Shown here: positions 58,500 through 64,000 of the stretch, in pieces
How the letters are laid out: each line of letters begins with the position of its first letter
Numbering within the stretch: the first letter of the stretch is position 1
Assembly: GCA_963755125.1 (NCBI GenBank)
Contig: CAVWIP010000006.1
Span: forward strand, 96,001-160,000
DNA from: an uncultured delta proteobacterium
GTDB lineage: Bacteria > Myxococcota_A > Polyangia > Fen-1088
Length of the DNA stretch: 64,000 nt
Reading direction: 5' to 3'
Program-made: the position numbers and the translations under genes
Notes under the pieces: generated by a model
Databases searched by the model: none
What the model was told of the DNA's origin: nothing
What the model saw: only the letters and a program-made list of their open reading frames with translations

Positions 58500-59357
58500 A
58501 TGAAGTCCAGTTACTGGTTGTCGATTTGCGCCGTTGGCGCGCTAGTAGGTGGTTTTGAAATCGGTGGCTGCTCATCGGATAGCGGCCTGCCGTCCGATGG
58601 CGGGACCAAAGATGCTGCAGTGACCACGACGGGCGGCTCAAGCGGCAGCCAGGGTGGACAAACCGGCAGCCAGGGTGGCAACACAGGGGCTGGCGGGAGC
58701 ACCGAAACCCAACCGGCTACCTCTGCCCCCGTCTACACCGGGCCGCCGGTAAGTACGAACACGGGTAACGGAACCGGGACAGACACCTTCGGCGGTGGAA
58801 CTGGCACGCGGACCCGCGGCGGCGGAACCGGGACAGACACCTTCGGCGGTGGCACCGGAACGAACACCTTCGGCGGTGGAACTGGCACGCGGACCCGCGG
58901 CGGCGGAACCGGGACAGACACCTTCGGCGGCGGAACCGGAACGAACACCTTCGGCGGTGGCACCGGAACGAACACCTTCGGCGGTGGAACTGGCACGCGG
59001 ACCCGCGGCGGCGGAACCGGGACAGACACCTTCGGCGGCGGAACCGGAACGAACACCTTCGGCGGTGGAACTGGTACGCGGACCCGCGGTGGCGGAACCG
59101 GGACAGACACCTTCGGCGGCGGAACCGGAACGAACACCTTCGGCGGTGGAACTGGCACGCGGACCCGCGGCGGCGGAACCGGGACAGACACCTTCGGCGG
59201 TGGCACCGGAACGAACACCTTCGGCGGTGGCACCGGAACCCGGACCCGAACTCGCACCGCGACTGGGACGAACACGTTCGGCGGTGGCACCGGGACCGTC
59301 ACGGAGAGTGCCACGGACACCGAGACGGACACCAGCACGGACACGACCACCGGCTAG
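58500..59357 (+). CDS. Lipoprotein with Gly/Thr 9-aa tandem repeats
   Basis: GGAGG SD; IGGC lipobox-like; GTGT(D/N)TFGG and GTGTRTRGG units. Confidence 0.75.
   Translation: MKSSYWLSICAVGALVGGFEIGGCSSDSGLPSDGGTKDAAVTTTGGSSGSQGGQTGSQGGNTGAGGSTETQPATSAPVYTGPPVSTNTGNGTGTDTFGGGTGTRTRGGGTGTDTFGGGTGTNTFGGGTGTRTRGGGTGTDTFGGGTGTNTFGGGTGTNTFGGGTGTRTRGGGTGTDTFGGGTGTNTFGGGTGTRTRGGGTGTDTFGGGTGTNTFGGGTGTRTRGGGTGTDTFGGGTGTNTFGGGTGTRTRTRTATGTNTFGGGTGTVTESATDTETDTSTDTTTG
58770..59296 (+). repeat. 27-nt coding tandem array with an 81-nt higher-order unit
   Basis: 17 full units in order D R D N R D N N R D N R D N R D N, plus degenerate ends. Confidence 0.9.
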
Positions 59358-59448
59358 TACCGCTGCCGCGGCAGAAGTGATCGCGATCATCCAAACAGTC
59401 AGCGACTGAACGAGCACTGCCCCGTAGCTGACCAAGGATCTGACCAGC

Positions 59449-59490
59449 ACCGTGAGTGAGAGGGAATGCCCTCTCACTCACGGTTTTTTT
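59449..59490 (+). terminator. Rho-independent terminator
   Basis: 16 bp stem accgtgagtgagaggg/ccctctcactcacggt, 4 nt loop, T-run. Confidence 0.9.
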
Positions 59491-59560
59491 GTCCCAGATA
59501 TAGCCGTTTCGTTCGTTGCCCCCGTGGTTCCGGGGTGGTATAGCCAGTGCAGGTATACAC

Positions 59561-59794
59561 ATGTTCGGCATAGGCGCGGGCGAATGGGTTCTCATTCTCG
59601 TAGTCATCATGGTGGTGTTTGGCGCAAACAAACTCCCCCAGCTCGGCGATGGTCTTGGTCGCGCCCTCAAGAACTTCAAGCGGGCCGTCGCGAGCGGAAA
59701 CGAGATTGAGGCGTCCGTGAAGAAGGCCGAGATCCCCGGCGAGCAGCCCAAGCCTGGTTCGGCCCAGTCCAGCGAGCAACCGCCCAAGCCGTAG
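59561..59794 (+). CDS. tatA: Twin-arginine translocase TatA/E
   Basis: MFGIGAGEW...VFGANKLPQLGDGLGRALKNFK. Confidence 0.93.
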   Translation: MFGIGAGEWVLILVVIMVVFGANKLPQLGDGLGRALKNFKRAVASGNEIEASVKKAEIPGEQPKPGSAQSSEQPPKP

Positions 59795-59981
59795 TTCTTG
59801 CAGACGGCCCAGCCGCAGCAGCGCCGCGCAGTGGCGAGGCCGAGCCGTGTGACCTGGCTGACGGCGTTTTGGGGTTCGCATCTCCCGCGACCAACGGGAG
59901 ATGCGCGTTGAATTGCCTACCAGCCGACGGGTTGGAATATGGTGGGCTTCGTCCCTGTGCCCCTCGTGGCCGAGGACTGGA

Positions 59982-62555
59982 TCACGACGGGCGACGTCGA
60001 CCCACGAAGCGGCGGCGAACCTTGCCCGCTAGCACCACGCCGAACACCAGCATCACGCCCCAAGGGGTGGCGCTGCGGTCGGCCCCGGCGAGACGACAGG
60101 TGCACCCTGAACTCCCAGTGGCATTCGTCGCGCTTGGAGTCGACGAACCCCCGGACGCAGATGGAGAACTGGTCGCGCCCGGAGTCGACGAGCCCCCGGA
60201 CGCGGACGGGGAACTGGTCGAGCCTGGAGTCGAGGAACCCCCGGACGCGGATGGGGAGCTGGTCGAACCTCGAGTGGAGGAACCCCCGGACGCAGACGGG
60301 GAGCTGGTCGAGCCTGGAGTCAGCGAACCCCCCGAAGCCGGCGGGGCACTCGTCGCGATACCGCCTGCTCCTCCCGCACCGCCGCTTGTCACGATGCCAC
60401 CTGTCGATCCGCCAATCGCGCCGCCGCTCGATCCGGCCGTCGTGCCGCCTCTGCCGCTCGTCGTGACGACGGTCGATCCACCCGCCGCGCCACCATTACC
60501 GCCGGACGCTCCGCCCGACGCCCCTCCTGTGCCCGCAGGAGTGCTGGTCGAACCCGTGGTTCCACCGGCGCCGCCGCCGGTTCCACCCGTGGGCGTGCCG
60601 CCCGTTGGAGGACTTGCTCCGTAATACTTGATGTTCGGCTGTGCCTCCGGCAGCGTCATGCCTGGGCCGATGTAGATCCCCGGCTCCGGGGGCTGGTTGT
60701 AGGCCACGTTCTCCGTGGCCACGCTCATCCGATAGATCGGGTCGTGCATCAACGTGTAGAGCCGGTTGGTGGTCGGCGTGGTGGTTGTATAGATTCGCAG
60801 AGCATCGCTGGCGGTGGTTCGATACACCACTTCTTCGCGCCAGTCGCCGAAGATGTCCGCGGTGAGTGCCGGATCTGATTTTGAGCCGTTGTTCGAGGCA
60901 CAGCCGGTTGCGTTCAAACCCGTACCGGCTGCGTTGCCATAAGGCGTGATCGACGTTCCATTTTCCAGGAAGCGAATTACGTCAGCGCCCCACCACATGG
61001 TGAAATTATCGGACGAAGGCACGGCCCCCACCGTCTTTTCGGTAGAGTCAAAGAGCCCTCCGTTTTCGGCTGACCACACCTGCCAGCCCGTGGTGCCGGC
61101 AATGAGTGGTCCGGTGCAACCACGTCCATTGTCGGTCGTGCCTGTTTGCTCCCACCAAATCTTGCCGTCCGCAGCGCTTCGGAAGTCCGTGGAAATCCCG
61201 CCGTTCTCGGTCACTTGCTCGTGCACCATCCAGATTTCCAGTCCTGGCGTGGTGGGGTCCAGATCCGACAAATGCAGGGCATCTCCGTGCCTTAGCCCCG
61301 TTGACCAAAGACCCTGGCCGTCATGGTCGACCGCCATGGAGCCATAAACAATCTCATCGAATCCGTCGCCATCAATATCGCCTTGGCGCAAGCTGTGCGA
61401 CCCCTGGCTTTCATATCCCGATGAAGAATGGAGAGGCTTTCCATCCTTCCCTGTGCCGCCATTGAGCGTGTCGAACAACCAGCGTTGGGTGAGCTGGCCG
61501 TTGCGCCAGTCGAGCGCCCAGAGAGCCGTTCGCCAGTAGTAGCCGCGGCATGGGATCAGGCTCGGCCGTTCCCCGTCAAGATAGGCAACGCTGGCCAGGT
61601 GCCGGTCGACGAAATTATAGACGTCATCGTTGCCCCAGCCCATGTCCTCGGCAACGGCCACGCCCTGCTGTGCTCCCCAGATGCCTTCGGCGCCTCGCCC
61701 CGGCTGGTAATTGATGGTAGCGAGTTCAGCTCCGGTCTTGCCGGCGAAAACCGTGTACCATTCAGGCCCGCTTATGATCTTTCCTGCGGTCAACGCGGCG
61801 GTGCTGACATAATTCGCGGTGTTGTCGGCGCCAGCCGCGTCTCCCGTTTGCAGGAAATTGCCGGTGCCGTCCTTGGTGCCAGGGGCGGTCTTCATGGCCA
61901 CTTCGGCCATTCCATCACCGTCGAAGTCATACACCAGGAACTGGGTATAGTGCGCGCCAGCGCGGATGTTCGGTCCAAGATCTATCCGCCACAACTTGGT
62001 CCCGTCCAGTTTGTAGGCATCAAGAATCACATTGCCCGTGTACCCTGTCATCTCGTTGTCCCTGGAGTCCGACGGATCCCACTTCAAAACGATTTCATAT
62101 TGGCCATCGCCGTCTAGATCGCCGACGCTGGCATCATTGGCCGAGTAGGTGTACGCGCCGCCCAGATCAGTCCCTCCGGGCGGCGGGGTGATGGGGATGT
62201 TGAGGTAGCCAGCATCGATGACCAGGGCGTTCTCGGAAGTCTCGCCCTCAACGCCATTTGTCACCGCCTTGACCGTGTAGGTCCCGGTGCCGGTGCTGTT
62301 GTCCTGATAGTTCGTGGAGTTGGTGATCACCGTCGCGTTGAGCTTGGTGGTGCCCTTGTAGACATTGAACCCGAAGCTGGTGTCCTGGGGATCGGTTCCG
62401 AAGAGCCGCCAGCTCAGGAAATACCCGCTGCCGGACTTGACGGCGATGAGCCCGCGGTCGAGTTTTTCCATGTATCGCTGGGCTTTCGCGGGCCCCGCAA
62501 TCATCGATATCGCCCCGATCAGCATCGCGGCAACCACCATAGTTCTGCACTTCAT
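59982..62555 (-). CDS. Rhamnogalacturonan lyase (PL11, YesW-like) with G/S/T linker and MYXO-CTERM-like anchor
   Basis: MEKLDRGLIAV, ANDASVGDLDGDGQYEIVLKWDP, NIRAGAHYT, HGDALH, YNQPP; tail SGCTC-TM-RRR. Confidence 0.92.
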   Translation of the reverse strand: MKCRTMVVAAMLIGAISMIAGPAKAQRYMEKLDRGLIAVKSGSGYFLSWRLFGTDPQDTSFGFNVYKGTTKLNATVITNSTNYQDNSTGTGTYTVKAVTNGVEGETSENALVIDAGYLNIPITPPPGGTDLGGAYTYSANDASVGDLDGDGQYEIVLKWDPSDSRDNEMTGYTGNVILDAYKLDGTKLWRIDLGPNIRAGAHYTQFLVYDFDGDGMAEVAMKTAPGTKDGTGNFLQTGDAAGADNTANYVSTAALTAGKIISGPEWYTVFAGKTGAELATINYQPGRGAEGIWGAQQGVAVAEDMGWGNDDVYNFVDRHLASVAYLDGERPSLIPCRGYYWRTALWALDWRNGQLTQRWLFDTLNGGTGKDGKPLHSSSGYESQGSHSLRQGDIDGDGFDEIVYGSMAVDHDGQGLWSTGLRHGDALHLSDLDPTTPGLEIWMVHEQVTENGGISTDFRSAADGKIWWEQTGTTDNGRGCTGPLIAGTTGWQVWSAENGGLFDSTEKTVGAVPSSDNFTMWWGADVIRFLENGTSITPYGNAAGTGLNATGCASNNGSKSDPALTADIFGDWREEVVYRTTASDALRIYTTTTPTTNRLYTLMHDPIYRMSVATENVAYNQPPEPGIYIGPGMTLPEAQPNIKYYGASPPTGGTPTGGTGGGAGGTTGSTSTPAGTGGASGGASGGNGGAAGGSTVVTTSGRGGTTAGSSGGAIGGSTGGIVTSGGAGGAGGIATSAPPASGGSLTPGSTSSPSASGGSSTRGSTSSPSASGGSSTPGSTSSPSASGGSSTPGATSSPSASGGSSTPSATNATGSSGCTCRLAGADRSATPWGVMLVFGVVLAGKVRRRFVGRRRPS

Positions 62556-62753
62556 ACGGAGCCTCCTCTGTGTCTAAGAGTCCAACTGCGAATTTCAGTT
62601 CACGATCAACTGTTGAAGAAAGAAAAGCCCAGGGCTCTAGGCCAGCGACAGCATCATTAACATGCGATTGTCGCCGCCGACAAGGCGACGAAATCTGCAT
62701 GTCTGGTAGACAAGCACGGCCTTCGCCTACCAGACATCAGGGTTACGACCGGA

Positions 62754-64000
62754 TCACGAGGACTTGTCATCGCCGCTCATAAGGCGGCGAAGCTTTTCGG
62801 CCAGCACTGCGCCGAACGCCAGCATCGCGCCCCCGCGAGTCGCCTTGCGGTCGACCCCGGCGACGCTGCAGCCTCCCGACCCTGAGTTGCGGCTGCTGGC
62901 GGAGCCCGTGGGTTGGGTAGTTCCGGGGCTGCTGGTACTTCCGCCCGCCGCGCTGGCGGTCGTCGCGGCTCCAGTGGTGGATCCGCCGGTCGCCGTGGAG
63001 CCCCCCGATGCCGACGGGCTGCTGGTCGCCGGAGCGGACGATCCGCCCGCGGCGCTGCTGGTCGGGGTGCTTTCTGCAGTCGATCCGCCTGCGGCGCTGC
63101 TGGTCGGGGTGCTATCCGCGGACGATCCGCCCGCGGCAGTGCTGGCAGAACCGCCAGTGGCGGAGGCTCTGCCAGCGGAAGAGCTTCCACCCGCGCTGGT
63201 TGAGCCGCCCTTGCCCGTCGAGCCACCCGCGCCGGTCGAACCGCCCGCGCCGGTCGAGCCACCCGCAGAGGTCGAGCCACCCGCACCGGTCGAGCCGCCG
63301 GTGCCGGTCGTGCCTCCGCTTCCAGTCGTGCAGCCGTTTCCAGCCGTGCCGCCAGTTATGGCGGGCGGACTGGCGGCTTCGTATGCAATCCAATCCGGGT
63401 CCGTGGTTGTATAGCCAAAGTTCGTGAGGAACATGGGAAGGACCGTGGCCGCGTTGGTCACTCCCAGCGCTGGCATGGGAGAGGTGGCCATGATGGTTGA
63501 GTTGAGAAGGATGTTGGTTGCCGCGAGGTAGTCCACGATGGGGGCAAAGGTGCCCATGACCAGACGGTCGGTACGGTTGTCCCACGCCCCGCCGGGACCG
63601 CTGGCGCCGTTGGACAGCAGGGCATCCACGATGCAGAGCTGCTGACGGACAGGATTGCCGCCGAGGATGGCAGAATGCTTGTTTATCTCGAAGAGAGCCA
63701 GCGGAGCCGGCGGAGGCGAAGCACCGCCGTTGCCGACGTGCAGGTTATCCGAATGTGACGCTTCCGAGCCATCGGTGAAGGTGCCGAAATGGTTCTTCAT
63801 GCACAAAGTACAACTGCCGTAGTTGTAATGGCCGCCTGTGCCATTGTGCATCTTGCACGCGGCTACGCTCACCAAGATGTCGATGGCGCCGCTGAGAATG
63901 TCGGCGGCAACGGAGATGCCTGTGGCATTGGTGAGGGTGACCGCCGTGAACCCGCCCAGGCCCGCCGCCCTGACGCTCACCTGGGCTGCGCGAATCTTGG
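62754..64000 (-). CDS. DUF362-domain protein with MYXO-CTERM-like anchor (5' end outside the window)
   Basis: CKMH...TLCMKNHFG, IVDAL...GPG; G/S/T linker; GGCSVAG-TM-KLRR. Confidence 0.65.
   Translation of the reverse strand, partial: KIRAAQVSVRAAGLGGFTAVTLTNATGISVAADILSGAIDILVSVAACKMHNGTGGHYNYGSCTLCMKNHFGTFTDGSEASHSDNLHVGNGGASPPPAPLALFEINKHSAILGGNPVRQQLCIVDALLSNGASGPGGAWDNRTDRLVMGTFAPIVDYLAATNILLNSTIMATSPMPALGVTNAATVLPMFLTNFGYTTTDPDWIAYEAASPPAITGGTAGNGCTTGSGGTTGTGGSTGAGGSTSAGGSTGAGGSTGAGGSTGKGGSTSAGGSSSAGRASATGGSASTAAGGSSADSTPTSSAAGGSTAESTPTSSAAGGSSAPATSSPSASGGSTATGGSTTGAATTASAAGGSTSSPGTTQPTGSASSRNSGSGGCSVAGVDRKATRGGAMLAFGAVLAEKLRRLMSGDDKSS

Noticed and set aside
58770..59296. Possible CRISPR array
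   Set aside because: Contiguous 27 nt in-frame coding repeats with no unique spacers and no cas genes.
60135..60330. 45 nt tandem repeats in the PL11 gene
   Set aside because: An ordinary Ser/Gly/Thr linker expansion.
62660..62740. Riboswitch upstream of the PL11 gene
   Set aside because: Hairpins exist (atgtctggtag/ctaccagacat), but I recognise no aptamer consensus; an Rfam/Infernal scan would be needed.

Overview
GC-rich bacterial DNA, probably Myxococcota/Polyangia-like (inferred from MYXO-CTERM-like C-termini, Gly/Ser/Thr-rich lipoproteins and dense signalling genes). Layout: (1) 1-1940, a minus-strand trio of a small peptide, an isoprenoid-synthase-fold protein and an S8 protease cut by the window edge, resembling a ComX/ComQ-type prenylated-peptide system. 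(2) 2.4-20.3 kb, a two-component, CheB-CheR and EAL signalling cluster with several degenerate catalytic domains. (3) 20.8-51.7 kb, an accessory cell-surface/RiPP island. It holds two tandem secreted proteins with variable N-termini and near-identical C25 (gingipain/PorU-like) peptidase C-termini. It also holds two parallel radical SAM/SPASM cassettes, each with a PqqD(RRE), an S24/S26 peptidase, an HPr-kinase-like protein and its own Cys-containing YxxPxL-leader precursor; the second is SynChlorMet-like. An ABC exporter, two GT-C-type membrane glycosyltransferases and inserted solo modules (AAA/DUF4143 ATPase, HipAB, a Uma2 fragment) lie among them. (4) 52-64 kb, more ordinary genes: FHA-GAF-PP2C, lipA, queD, phosphoesterases, tatA, a 9-aa tandem-repeat lipoprotein, and a PL11 lyase and a DUF362 protein with sorting tails. 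I saw no tRNA, rRNA, CRISPR array, integrase or transposase. All family calls come from motif recognition by eye, not database searches.
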